Part shown: one piece after another, positions 49,231-61,800 of the stretch | Layout: the number at the start of each line of letters is the position of its first letter | Numbering within the stretch: position 1 is the stretch's first letter | NCBI GenBank assembly: GCA_950097015.1 | Contig: CATNEN010000002.1 | Span: 6,758,001-6,822,000, forward strand | DNA: 64,000 nt | Direction: 5' to 3' | DNA from: Macrostomum hystrix | Taxonomy: Eukaryota > Animalia > Platyhelminthes | The notes under the pieces: model-generated | The model's database searches: none | The model's input: the letters and a program-made list of their open reading frames with translations, nothing else | Told to the model about the DNA's origin: nothing | Program-made: the position numbers and the translations under genes

Positions 49231-50799
49231 GCATTTTATTTTTTGGGATCTGATATCACAATTTTTAGTGCCGTTGAGCTGGTAAATTTCACTAGACAAA
49301 TAATGAAAGCCTGCTCTCTGAACTTGCAGAGTTGAGTACACTCAGTCCAAGAAGGTATTTGTTGAACTTGCGAATCAGTTCAACCCCCGCTTGCCTGCTG
49401 CCAGTCTGGAGCCGAGCATGAAACTCACAGTTTATTTATTCCTCACTTCCCAGCTCCCAGATCCCAAGCCGGGCTTCAAGTCATAAATAACTTCCCAATT
49501 CGAGCTTCCCCCCCACTTCCCATTTCAGCCCAGCCTCTCGCGGCCTCATTAATTTCCACGGGATCAGCCTGTTTCTTCCCTTCTCCCTGTGGGAAATTAA
49601 AGCCAAAGCTTCATCGAGACCAATTGCTGTCTGGGGCCCGCAGCAAACCTATCTTAATCCTCCATATGCTTTGCATTGGGGATCTGGGAGACAGTGCTAG
49701 AGTGGTTTGGCATCGAAAGTAGATTTTATTTTCTTGCATTCGGAATTAGTTGGTAACTCAACTGAAACTGCTAATCTTCCCTGCGAAAACTGTTCTGACA
49801 TTCTCTCTAGAAGTTTACCAAAATGCTACTTTAGCTACTTAAAGTAGAGCTAGCGAATGTTTGTTATCCGACCTTATTTTCAAAATGCGCATTGTGTGCG
49901 ATCAAATAATAACGAAAGGATTTTGAGAATCGAAACATTTTTGAGTATTTTGAGGTCTGTAAACACTGGGATCTGTGGGATAGGACCATTTTGGGATCTA
50001 AAACTAAATACTTTAGGGTTAAAAAAGAGGATTGTGGGAATTAAATTATTTTAAGGAACTTGAGGGAGAAATAATTAAATGTCTGTTAAAGCAATTATTA
50101 TTATTCCGGTCGGTACTAAGCTACTCAAAGTAATAAAGCTTGAATGTAGTCTTATCGATTAGTTAAACGTCAAAAGCGCAATAAAAACAGAAATTTTTGG
50201 ATGTGCACAGACCATGAAGAGAAAATGCTTTCCAAGAATGCCTCTGCACCTCTGCAGTACATTTGTCCCTGATCTTTCTTAGAATTTTTTCGCGTCAGAG
50301 ATGAAGCAGATGAAGCAGCGACCGGCTTTTGCTAATCAACTTTCACCTGTTTGAAAATCTATCCCCAAAGAAGAGAGATTTTGGATTCCGGGAAGGAAAG
50401 ACTGAGGGGACACGCGGGTAGCTTTCTATATTCTCCCATTTTTCGTATCTTTATCTTTATTTTAGTTGTTTCAGGGGCCTTTACCTAAGCAGGGGGGATA
50501 ATTGTCCCAACATCAAAGCTGGGATGAGGAAGGCGGAGCTGATGCTGTTCCTTTGAATCCGAATTGCCAGGAGGCAAACAAAATTTCTGTCTTTTCTTCT
50601 CCTTTCTTAAAATCACTTCCCGTTTTTTCGTTTTCGTTTTTCGTTCGTGGAAAATCCCCATTTGCTAAGATTTATTTCTTCAGGGTCTTAGAAAACAGCT
50701 TGTCAAAGATTCGAAATCGGAAAAAATATTTCTCTGCTTCTGATGAAGAAGTAGGTGAGCTGCGATGAGTTCTATGAGGTCTCTGCGGTCAGGTTGAGC

Positions 50800-51400
50800 T
50801 GAGGTCTCACTCCTCTTTTGAGTCTCAACCTCTCCCCTGAGTTTCAACCACTCTCCCTGAGTCTCACCCATCCACCTGAGTCTCATCCATCCACCTAAGT
50901 CTCACCCCTCCCCCTGAGTCTCACCCCTCCCCCTGAGTCTCATCCTTTCCCCTGAGTCACACCCTCCCCCTGAGTCTCATCCTCTCCCCTGAGTCACACC
51001 CCTCCCCCTGAGTCTCATCCTCTCCCCTGAGTCACACCCCTCCCCCTGAGTCTCATCCTCTCCCTTGAGTCTCAACCACTCTCCCTGAGTCTCAACCACT
51101 CTCCCTGAGTCTCAACCACTCTCCCTGAGTCTCACCCCTCCCCCTGAGTCTCATCCTCTTCCCTGAGTCTCACCCTCTCCCCTGAGTTTCAACCACTCTC
51201 CCTGAGTCTCACCCCTCCCCCTGAGTATCATCCTCTCCCTGAGTTTCACCCCTCCCCCTGAGTCTCACCCCTCCCCCTGAGTCTCATCCTCTCCCTGAGT
51301 TTCACCCCTCCCCCTGAGTCTCACCCCCTCCCACTAAGTGTCAACCACTCCCCCTGAGTCTCATCCTCTCCCCTGAGTCTCACCCTCCCCCCTGAGTGTA
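50800..51400. repeat. 19-21-bp minisatellite (CTGAGTCTCACCCCTCCCC)n
   Basis: Direct reading. Confidence 0.92.
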
Positions 51401-52019
51401 ACCATCAGGAACGAGAGGAAACTCAGTTGACCTATAAAATCATGGGTCAGTAAGGTTAAACTTGTTAGTAAACTCTCGGTAGTCATTTTTGCGTTCAAAA
51501 TGGCACAAAATTTGTTCCTTCATTGTACGCTTTGCCACTAGCAAGTCTAAGAAGCAAAATTAGCATTTTATGAGTGAGCACACTCCTTCTTGAGTACTGG
51601 CTGTTCAATAAATTTTAGCCAGAAAGCAAAACAGCTCTAGCTGAGGCGCAGGGTGAGACGTGGCAGTGGATTAAGCTTCCGCCCGGTGGGATACAGCCCT
51701 ACCAGTCATTCTGTTTCACTTCCTTTAATCCGTTAAGCGCCAGGGTTGCTGTTGCAAGCTTTTATAACTCGACTTAAAAGGGCTGGCTTCGGGTAGGCAA
51801 ACGGAAAAACGCGGAGTTAATTATTCAGTGAGAGAAGGGGGAAGTGAGAACAGTTCTCAGAGCAATAAGGGATTCCCCTATTTGTCTTTCCACTCTCTCG
51901 GAGCATTAAAGAGCCGCAGTGTCAGGGGGCGACCTTCAGGTAGACGCAGTGCTGACTCTAATGAAGGTTTCTGAAATTCAGGGTTTGTGAAATTCAGGCT
52001 TTGTGAAGATCGTAGTTTC

Positions 52020-52910
52020 TTACATTCAGGGTTTCTTAGATTCAGGGTTTCTTAGATTCAGGGTTTCTTAGATTCAGGGTTTCTTAGATTCAGGGTTTCT
52101 TAGATTCAGGGTTTCTTAGATTCAGGGTTTCTTAGATTCAGGGCTTCTTAGGTTCAGGGTTTCTTAGATTCAGGGTTTCTTAGATTCAGGGTTTCTTAGA
52201 TTCAGGGTTTCTTAGATTCAGGGTTAGTTAGATTCAGGGTTATTTAGATTCAGGGTTTCTAAGATTCAGGGTTTCTTAGATTCAGGTTTCTTAGATTCAG
52301 GGTTTCTTAGATTCAGGGTTTCTTAGATTCAGGGTTAGTTAGATTCAGGGTTTCTTAGATTCAGGGTTTCTTAGATTCAGGGTTTCTTAGATTCAGGTTT
52401 CTTAGATTCAGGGTTTCTTAGATTCAGGGTTAGTTAGATTCAGGGTTTCTAAGATTCAGGGTTAGTTAGATTCAGGGTTTCGAAGATTCAGGGTTAGTTA
52501 GATTCAGGTTTCTAAGATTCAGGGTTAGTTAGATTCAGGTTTCTTAGATTCAGGGTTTGTTAGATTCAGGGTTTCTTAGATTCAGGGTTTCTAAGATTCA
52601 GGGTTTCTTGGATTCAGGCTTTCTTGGATTCAGGGTTTCTTAGATTCAGGGTTTCTTAGATTCAGGGTTTCTTAGATTCAGGGTTTCTTGGATTCAGGGT
52701 TTCTTAGATTCAGGTTAGTTAGATTCAGGGTTTCTAAGATTCAGGGTTTCTTGGATTCAGGGTTTCTTGGATTCAGGGTTTCTTAGATTCAGGTTAGTTA
52801 GATTCAGGGTTTCTAAGATTCAGGGTTTCTTGGATTCAGGGTTTCTTGGATTCAGGGTTTCTTAGATTCAGGTTAGTTAGATTCAGGGTTTCTTGGATTC
52901 AGGGTTTGTT
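52020..52910. repeat. 16-bp minisatellite (TTAGATTCAGGGTTTC)n, about 55 copies
   Basis: Direct reading. Confidence 0.95.
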
Positions 52911-53719
52911 AAGGCGATCATTATTGTCAAACATTAACAGTTCGGACATTGGTTGATACAGGACAAGCAATTTAGTACTAGTCCTACTTCAGAGGAAATT
53001 CAAGATTTTGAAATTTCCTAAACTGTCTCATTGCACTGCATCAATCTCGGCGGACATTTTGATGAATCGGTTCACAAGATCCCCACTTTGGGATCTGATG
53101 CTATCTCTGCGATGTTGCCTCTTTGAAGCCAGGGGAGATTTTTCTAGTACAATGCGAGGCCTGTACCAAACCGGGAGCAGGCACTGTACAAGTTAATCCA
53201 AGCCTGATTACTTTAGCTGATTCGAGGTCCGCATGGGAGTTGGTCGCCTGTCAGTTACGCTTTGTGTCAGCCGTTGCACCCGCCCAGCTCTAAGGATAAT
53301 GTCAGCCGGCAACATCATTTCCACCCACCCCACCCCCCAAGGGCTGATAGGGATAACGGAGATGGGAATACACGCCCAGAACAGTCCGGCCGAGTAGTTT
53401 CGCCCCAGCCAGCCAAGAGAAGTTGAGAGTCACGCATGATGAGCGATGGCCCTCCTAGGAGCAGAACAAAGTGGACAGAGATTTCATGCTCAGCAAACTT
53501 TCACTGTTAGTCCCACATGCTGCTTGGCGACCTAGCATACTAGGCTGTTAGTCTGCCTTTGTTTCTTTGCTTTTTAATTAAAATTGAAAGCTAAATCACG
53601 CCAGGCTTAACTATATTAATCTTTGGAACAGAATTAAAAAAGCGGAAAATATTCTTTTAATGGCTTTCAAAGAGCGGTTAAAGTTAGATTTGAAGGTTTA
53701 ATTTTCCTACCCGCAACCT

Positions 53720-54990
53720 CATCCTTCAGGTGGAGTCAGGACTGTCATCACCTGATCCTTCATGGCCTCTGTTATCCCTGATCCTTCAGGTGGAGTCAGG
53801 ACTGTCATCCCCTGATCCTTCATGGCCTCTGTTATCCCTGATCCTTCAGGTGGAGTCAGGACTGTCATCACCTGATCCTTCATGGCCTCTGTTATCCCTG
53901 ATCCTTCAGGTGGAGTCAGGACTGTCATCCCCTGATCCTTCATGGCCTCTGTTATCCCTGATCCTTCAGGTGGAGTCAGGCCTGTCATCCCCTGATCCTT
54001 CATGGCCTCTGTTATCCCTGATCCTTCAGGTGGAGTCAGGACTGTCATCCCCTGATCCTTCATGGCCTCTGTTATCCCTGATCCTTCAGGTGGAGTCAGG
54101 ACTGTCATCACCTGATCCTTCATGGCCTCTGTTATCCCTGATCCTTCAAGGCCTCTGTTATCCCTGATCCTTCATGGCCTCTGTTATCCCTGATCCTTCA
54201 TGGCCTCTGTTATCCCTGATCCTTCAAGGCCTCTGTTATCCCTGATCCTTCAAGGCCTCTGTTATCCCTGATCCTTCATGGCCTCTGTTATCCCTGATCC
54301 TTCAAGGCCTCTGTTATCCCTGATCCTTCATGGCCTCTGTTATCCCTGATCCTTCATGGCCTCTGTTATCCCTGATCCTTCAAGGCCTCTGTTATCCCTG
54401 ATCCTTCAGGTGGAGTCAGGACTGTTATCCCCTGATCCTTCAGGTGGAGTCAGGACTGTTATCCCCTGATCCTTCAGGTGGGGTCAGGACTGTTATCCCT
54501 GATCCTTCAGGGCCTCTGTTACCCCTGATCCTTCAGGGCATCTGTTATCCCCTGATCCTTCATGGCCTCTGTTATCCCTGATCCTTCAGGTGGGGTCAGG
54601 ACTGTTATCCCCTGATCCTTCAGGTGGAGTCAGGACTGTTATCCCTGATCCTTCAGGTGGGGTCAGGACTGTTATCCCCTGATCCTTCAGGTGGAGTCAG
54701 GACTGTTATCCCCTGATCCTTCAGGTGGGGTCAGGACTGTTATCCCTGATCCTTCATGGCCTCTGTTATCCCCTGATCCTTCATGGCCTCTGTTATCCCC
54801 TGATCCTTCATGGCCTCTGCTATCCCTGATCCTTCATGGCCTCTGTTATCCCTGATCCTTCTGGTGGAGTCAGGACTGTTATCCCCTTATCCTTCAGGTG
54901 GAGTCAGGACTGTTATCCCCTGATCCTTCAGGTGGGGTCAGGACTGTTACCCCTGATCCTTCAGGGCATCTGTTATCCCTGATCCTTCAG
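53720..54990. repeat. Composite minisatellite of 34-bp and 26-bp GATCCTTCA-initiated units, including a 60-bp higher-order repeat
   Basis: Seven near-identical 60-bp periods at 53720-54140. Confidence 0.95.
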
Positions 54991-55839
54991 GTGAATTCAG
55001 GTGAAGTCAGGTTTAAAATGGGGTCAGCATCTACTGCTGCTAATTTGGCTCCATTGTGCTTCGAAGCTTGCCGGTTTTATTATCGGGCTAAAAAAACAAA
55101 AAAACGCTGACATTCTATGCTTTCACCGCCCTATTCAACCAATTGGATCACACTCACACTCACACCCACTCACACGCACTCACATCCGCAACTGCATCTG
55201 CTTTGGGTCTATGATTCGGATAGATGAAAGGAACACAGGGGAATGATAGGCTCCCTGCTTGGCCCTGACAGCTGCTAAATTGCTTTCTCCCTCTGAGACC
55301 ACTCGAGCTGTTTTGCCGAAAACCGACAGAAATGCTCAAAGAGAACAAGCGGAAGCAGCAATGGGAGAGTGGAGATAGGGGAACAGCTTTGAGTAAGCAG
55401 CTGTGATTGCTTAATTAGGCTTCTGATCAGCTTAATTTAATAAATTCTGCCAACAAAGCTTGAGTCCAGTACTAGTGCCTATTATTGTGCCTAATATTTA
55501 TGATTACTAATGCTTCATGCAGCCGCTGAAATACGGCCAATTTTCATGTCAGCGCGAAAGCCCCTCGGGGGGGCGGTCTTTGCTGGTTGAGTATTCGTGC
55601 ACCTTTCTCTCGCTCATCCGTCTCTTACGCCTGAATTGAGGCTGGCAAAGGTGCACAACTATGCAGGTTCCCACCTGCTCGAAAATTTTACTTTCTAATC
55701 CCAAAGGCTAGCAACTAACTTTAGTGGGCGACTCGACTCTGATTAACTTGAATGCCAATACTTTGGGCTCTTGAGCACCTGGAGACAAATTAGTGTGATA
55801 TATGCGCAGGCGAAATGAAAGTCAGAGGGTGGTTCTGAC

Positions 55840-56812
55840 TGAGATTCAGTGTGAGATTCAGTAAGATTCAGTTTGAGATTCAGTGAGATTCAGTGAGATT
55901 CAGTGAGATTCAGTGAGATTCAGTGAGATTCAGTGAGATTCAGTGAGATTCAGTGAGATTCAGTGTGAGATGGAGTGAGATTCAGTGAGATTCAGTGAGA
56001 TTCAGTGAGATTCAGTGAGATTCAGTGAGATTCAGTGTGAGATGGAGTGAGATTCTGTGAGATTCAGTGAGATTCAGTTTGAGATTCAGTGAGATTCAGT
56101 GAGAGATTCAGTGTGAGATGGAGTGAGATTCTGTGAGATTCAGTATGAGATTCAGTACGAGATTCAGTAGAAGATTCAGCGAGATTCAGTGAGATTCAGT
56201 GAGAGATTCAGTGTGAGATGGAGTGAGATTCTGTGAGATTCAGTGAGATTCAGTTTGAGATTCAGTGAGATTCAGTGAGAGATTCAGTGTGAGATGGAGT
56301 GAGATTCTGTGAGATTCAGTATGAGATTCAGTATGAGATTCAGTACGAGATTCAGTATGAGATTCAGTACGAGATTCAGTAGAAGATTCAGCGAGATTCA
56401 GTGAGATTCAGTGAGATTCACTATGAGATTCAGTATGAGATTCAGTGAGATTCAGTATGAGATTCAACGAGATTCAGTGAGATATTCAGTATGAGATTCA
56501 GTATGAGATTCAACGAGATTCAGTGAGATATTCAGTATGAGATTCAGTATGAGATTCAGTGAGATTCAGTGAGATTCAGTGAGATTCAGTGAGATTCAGT
56601 GAGATTCAGTGAGATTCAGTATGAGATTCAGTATGAGATTCAACGAGATTCAGTGAGATATTCAGTATGAGATTCAGTATGAGATTAAGTGAGATTCAGT
56701 GAGATTCAGTGAGATTCAGTGAGATTCAGTGAAATTCAGTATGAGATTCAGTGAGATTCAGTGAGATTCAGTGAGATTCAGTGAGATTCAGTGAGATTCA
56801 GTGTGAGATGGA
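55840..56812. repeat. 10/12-bp minisatellite (GAGATTCAGT)n
   Basis: Direct reading. Confidence 0.95.
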
Positions 56813-57728
56813 GAGACTTGGATCATCGAACTGTTTATGGGTTAGTGTTAAGGCTGTGTACAGGCATCACGGCCCCCCTGTAAGTGCATTTAGGATAATT
56901 AATTGGCATTGAATTAGAGAATTGACGCAAAAAGGCAAAAGGCACGCAAGCCACGATATGAAAATGAGATCATTCCACAATGATCTCTCCAATGCGCTAA
57001 GCCTATTGTGCATGCATTGATGATTATCAATCTTAACCAATTCTATCCAAACCCAGCCCCCATTGCTGAGTGGCCGCAGCAGCTGATAATATCCCAGTTA
57101 CTGCGATGAATTTTCCCAAACTAAAAATGCCAGCGTTGGCCAACGGAATTTGAGGGGGTAAAGAACTGATGGCAGATTTGAGGCTGGCTGCAGTGGACTG
57201 TGGGCCACTGATCGTATGAACGTGCGTGGATGGATTTTTACAGGGCAGCAGCAGCTGATCAGAAGTGGTTTAGGGGAACCTGCTTGAAACTAGCAGTTTC
57301 GTTGTTTCGCCGGCCCTACCCTCGCCCCTCTCCTTCCTTACCCTACCTCAGGACCCACCCCCACACTTGGCCAGTCACTGTACGCCTCACTGCCCTGATC
57401 CCCGACTCCCTTGTCTGCCAATCAACATTCAGCTGTACCGTCCCTCAGGCCCCCCCCCAATTCAGTTGTCTGCTTCGCTGGCAATAAAAGCAAAGTCTGA
57501 TCCGCTGCCGGACTTTATTGACAGTAAAATTCTCTTTGAGTTGCTAATTGATTTTTTTATTTATAACAAAGAGTACTGTTGAATAGATTAAATAGATTTT
57601 ATTGAAATGCTTTCAAAATGGCTCGCGGTGGCTGTGCTGTTTTTACAGTTTAGTAAGTCGAGACAGAAACAGTTTTTTGTGACTTTCATTGTTTTAATTA
57701 ATTTATCATCGAACAATTATTTTTGCAG

Positions 57729-57922
57729 AATCGATCGCACTCTCTGACGAGAAGACACTGATCAAACAGATCCTGCTTGACTACCAGACAGCTGGAGTTG
57801 ATGGCAGACCAGTGCAGAACACCACCGATGTGGTCACCGTACAGTTCGGTCTGGGCCTCATTCAAATCCTGGATCTGGACGAGAAGAACCAAGTCCTCAC
57901 CATCAAAGTCTGGTCTAGATTT
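57729..57922 (+). CDS. Nicotinic acetylcholine receptor-type subunit, exon 2 (N-terminal ligand-binding domain start); gene continues beyond the window
   Basis: ttttgcag|(E)SIALSDEKTLIKQILLDYQTAGVDGRPVQNTTDVVTVQFGLGLIQILDLDEKNQVLTIKVWSRF|gtgagt. RPV.N...V.V.FGL.L.QI.D.DEKNQVL...W is the classic nAChR motif. Confidence 0.92.
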
Positions 57923-57954
57923 GTGAGTAGATAATAGGGATACGGTATATTGCG

Positions 57955-58588
57955 ATGGGATCTGAGAAATCCGAGTCTGAGATCTGAGAACTTTAGATTT
58001 AAGATCTTGGGATCGGAGATCTTGGGATCTGAAAACATGGGATCCGAAAACTTAAGATCTGAGATCTTGGGATCTGAAAACATGGGATCTGAAAACTTAA
58101 GATCTGAGATCTTGGGATCTGAAAACATGGGATCTGAAAATATGGGATCTGAAAACATGGGATCTGGAAACTTAAGATCTGAGATCTTGGGATCTGAAAA
58201 CATAGGATCTGAAAACATGGGATCTGAAAACATGGGATCTGAAAACATGGGATCTGAAAACATGGGATCTGAAAACATGGGATCTGAAAACAAGGGATCT
58301 GAAAACTTGAGATCTGAGATCTTGGGATCTGAAAACATGGGATCTGGAAACATGAGATCTGAGATCTTGGGATCTGAAAACATGGGATCTGAAAACATGG
58401 GATCTGAAAACATGGGATCTGAAAACATGGGATCTGAAAACATGGGATCTGAAAACATGGGATCTGAAAACAAGGGATCTAAAAACTTGAGATCTGAGAT
58501 CTTGGGATCTGAAAACATGGGATCTGGAAACTTGAGATCTGAGATCTTGGGATCTGAAAACATGGGATCTGAAAACGTGGGATCTGAG
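57955..58588. repeat. 15-bp minisatellite (GGGATCTGAAAACAT)n, left of the LTR element
   Basis: Direct reading; heterogeneous units. Confidence 0.95.
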
Positions 58589-58756
58589 TGTTGTGGCTGC
58601 TAGCCAAATAAGCGAGGCGAGGCCAAGTCCAGTTAACCAAGGGTGAGGGTGCTCTCTCGCGTAGCGAGAGCCGTGTATATATATTATTGAACCTCACATG
58701 TACATTGATTACATAAGTACACTATGAGCAAATGTGCACATAGGTCATTCACAACA
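58589..58756 (-). repeat. 3' LTR (168 bp)
   Basis: tgttgtggct...cattcacaaca, identical to 63074-63241; preceded on the minus strand by PPT GGAGGGGGGA (58760-58769). Confidence 0.97.
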
Positions 58757-58886
58757 TCATCCCCCCTCCAAAGAGATGACAGGCAACGGGCGGGATGGCA
58801 TAGTTTGAGACATGCATTTAATCAGTTCGTATCGCATGTGATTGCTCTCTCCACAACAGTCACTTGAGTCACATGTCGGTTCACAC

Positions 58887-61800
58887 TCAATCGTGGGTCA
58901 CGACACTGCCGAACCGTTGAGGCGCTGCACGATGCCTCTCAGAACGACGCAGCGGTGGCATTGGTGGCGCTGGGCTTGTCGGCGCACCCGCTGGCTGGGG
59001 TGGCAGCTCACCGTCACCGTCATCGTCGCACCAGCCGCGGCGGTTGTCTGGGATGCAGCGGCTGATGTGCCAGCGACTGCCATCGGTTAGCGTCAGTGTG
59101 TTGCCGTTGCGACCGACGACCGTCATCGGCTCGGAGATGCCGCTGCCGAGTTTGCTTTTCTTCGGTCGGCGTACGCGGACACGACTGCCGACGGTCAATG
59201 CGGCGCTCCGCGGTTGCTGATTCTGCTTGGAAGGTTTCCGGCGACTTTCGGCTCGCTGCTGTTGTTCCTGGACGGTGCGCCGCAGCGCCTGGCTGGGCGC
59301 GGACTCAGGCTCGGCCGGTTGAAGCCGGTCAAGATGCAGGCGAAGCTTCCGCCCTAGCATCATCTCGGCCGGGGTCTTCTTGGTCAGCGCGTGTTCAGCC
59401 GATCGATACGCTAGCAGGAGTTCCTGCACAGCTTGCTTCATGGCCACGCCGTCGGCCAACAGGGCTCGTAGAGAAGACTTGATGAAGCCGTTGAACCTTT
59501 CGACTCCGCCGTTCTGCTGCGGACAATAGAATGGAGTCCGGCGATGCTTGATGCCAAGTGAGCTGAGGAAGTCCGTGAACTCGCTCGACACGAATTGTGG
59601 TCCGTTGTCAGTTGTGATCTCGTCTGGCAGGCCCCAGCGGACGAACAGGCTGCGAAGGGCCTCGATGCAGGCAGTAGAGGTTACGGATGAAGACGCGATG
59701 ATCTCGGGCCACTTGGAGTAGAGGTCGTGGACTACGATGAGGAATCTGTGCGAATTTGGCGCTTCGGTTGCCGGGAGCTCTCCGACAATGTCGACTTGGA
59801 GCTGTCTCCACGGGCCGGCTGGTAGTTCCGTGGTTGACCAGGGCACCTTGATCGGCTTGAACGCCTTCTCCGACAGAATGCAGGCACTGCAGTTCCTCAC
59901 GAATGTCTCCACGTCGCTGTCAATGCGCGGCCACCAGACAGTTTCGCGGCATCGCGCCTTGACCTTCGCCACGCCGAGATGTCCTTGATGCGCCTCCGTC
60001 AACACCAGGTCGCGGAGTGAGGCTGGGATGACCGCACGGCTGCCTCTCGCCAGACAGCGCCCGTCGTTCCACAGGCAGAGCTCGTGCTGCACCTGATGGA
60101 AACCCTTCAGGTCGCTAGGAGTCTCGGTGGGCCATCCGTTGAGCACGAACTGAACGACTCGCTGCAGTTGGTCATCGCTAGCTGTGGCCTCGGCGAGCTG
60201 AGCAACTGAAATAGGCTCGGAGCTCCTGGCAAGCACTAGGTTGATGTCTGACTCAGTTTGACGTTGATCAATCGATTCTTGGTCGATCTTTTTACGATCG
60301 TAGCCGTAGCGGGACAGAAAGTCAGGTTGGACGTTTAGCTTACCAGGAACATACTCGATGTCAAAATCGTAGACGAAGAGTCGCTCACACCAGCGTTGAA
60401 GCCGAAGAGGCCGCTGGCCGCTTCCGCGTGCTGATAGCAGGGTGGTCAGAGCCTGGTGGTCGGTCAGCAGCTTGAACTTCCGGCCGTACAGCAGAAGGTG
60501 CCAGTGCTCGCAGCTCCAGACGCAGGCCAGGGCCTCCTTCTCCGTCGCGGAGTAACGGCGCTCGGTGTCGGACAGAGCGCGCGAGGCGAAGGCGACTGGA
60601 CGAAGTTGTCCACGCTCGTCAATTTGGCCCAGAGTAGCGCCCAGGGCGACGTCGCTGCTGTCACACGAGACGACTGTTTCGTGGCTCTGATCGAAGAATT
60701 TTAGGCACGGTGCGGATGAGATGAGCCGCTTGACCTCACTGAAGGCTGCCTCGCACTTCTTGTCCCAGTTCCAGGGCACATCCTTGCGCAGGAGTGCTGT
60801 CAGCGGCTCGGCGACATGCGACAGGTTCTTGATGTAGAACTGGAGAAACTTTGCGAAACCGAGGAAGGAAGCAAGCTCGGACGCGTTCGTCGGTGCCTTG
60901 AGTTGCTCTACTGACTCAGCGTGGGGCTGAAGCGGCTGGATGCCGGTGGCGCTGATCCGATGTCCGACGAACTGGATCTCTGGAACCTTGAAAACGCACT
61001 TCTTGAGGTTGATGGTGACTCGGTGATGCAGCAGCTTGTCCAGGACTCGGAAAAGGCGTTTGTCATGCTCGGCTTCCGTTGCCGCGTGCACCGCGATGTC
61101 ATCTTGATAGTGCATGACGCCGTCGATGCCTTCCAGGATCTTGCCGACGACCTTCTGGAAGGCCGCCGGAGCTGAGCTGATTCCGAATGGCATTCGCTTG
61201 AATCGGTACAGGCCGGATTCTGTGTGGAAGCAGGTCAGGTTCTTGGCGTCTTCGTGCAGCGGCAGTTGCAGGTACGACTGGTTGAGATCAATCCGCGAGA
61301 ACCACTTGGAGTTGGAAAACTCGGTAACTAGGTCGGCGAATGTTGGCAGTGACATCGAGTCTGGGACAATCGCCTTGTTGACACTGCGCAGATCGACGCA
61401 GAGGCGAAGCTTCCCGTCAGACTTCCTGGCGCAAGTGACATTCGATTGCCAATCAGGAACGTCGCCTTCGGCGCGCTCGATGATGCCTTCTTCCTTCCAG
61501 CGATGGATCTCCGCAGCACACTCTTGGCGCAGAGCGAGCGGCAGCCGGCGCATCCGCTGGGCTACCGGCGGCACGGTCGGGTCCACCCTGGGGCGGTGGC
61601 AGAAGCCCTTGATCTCGCCGAGACCGGTGCCTAAAGTGTGGTACTTGGCAGGAATCCAATCTGGCATAGGTGGCATACCTGAAGCCTCGTTACCCGAGCT
61701 AATAGTGAAGATTTGATGGCCGGAAGGTCCGAGGACCTTGCAGTCGAGTTTGTCCATCAGGTCGATGCCCATCAGGTCGTCGCCGTCCATCACAATTGTG

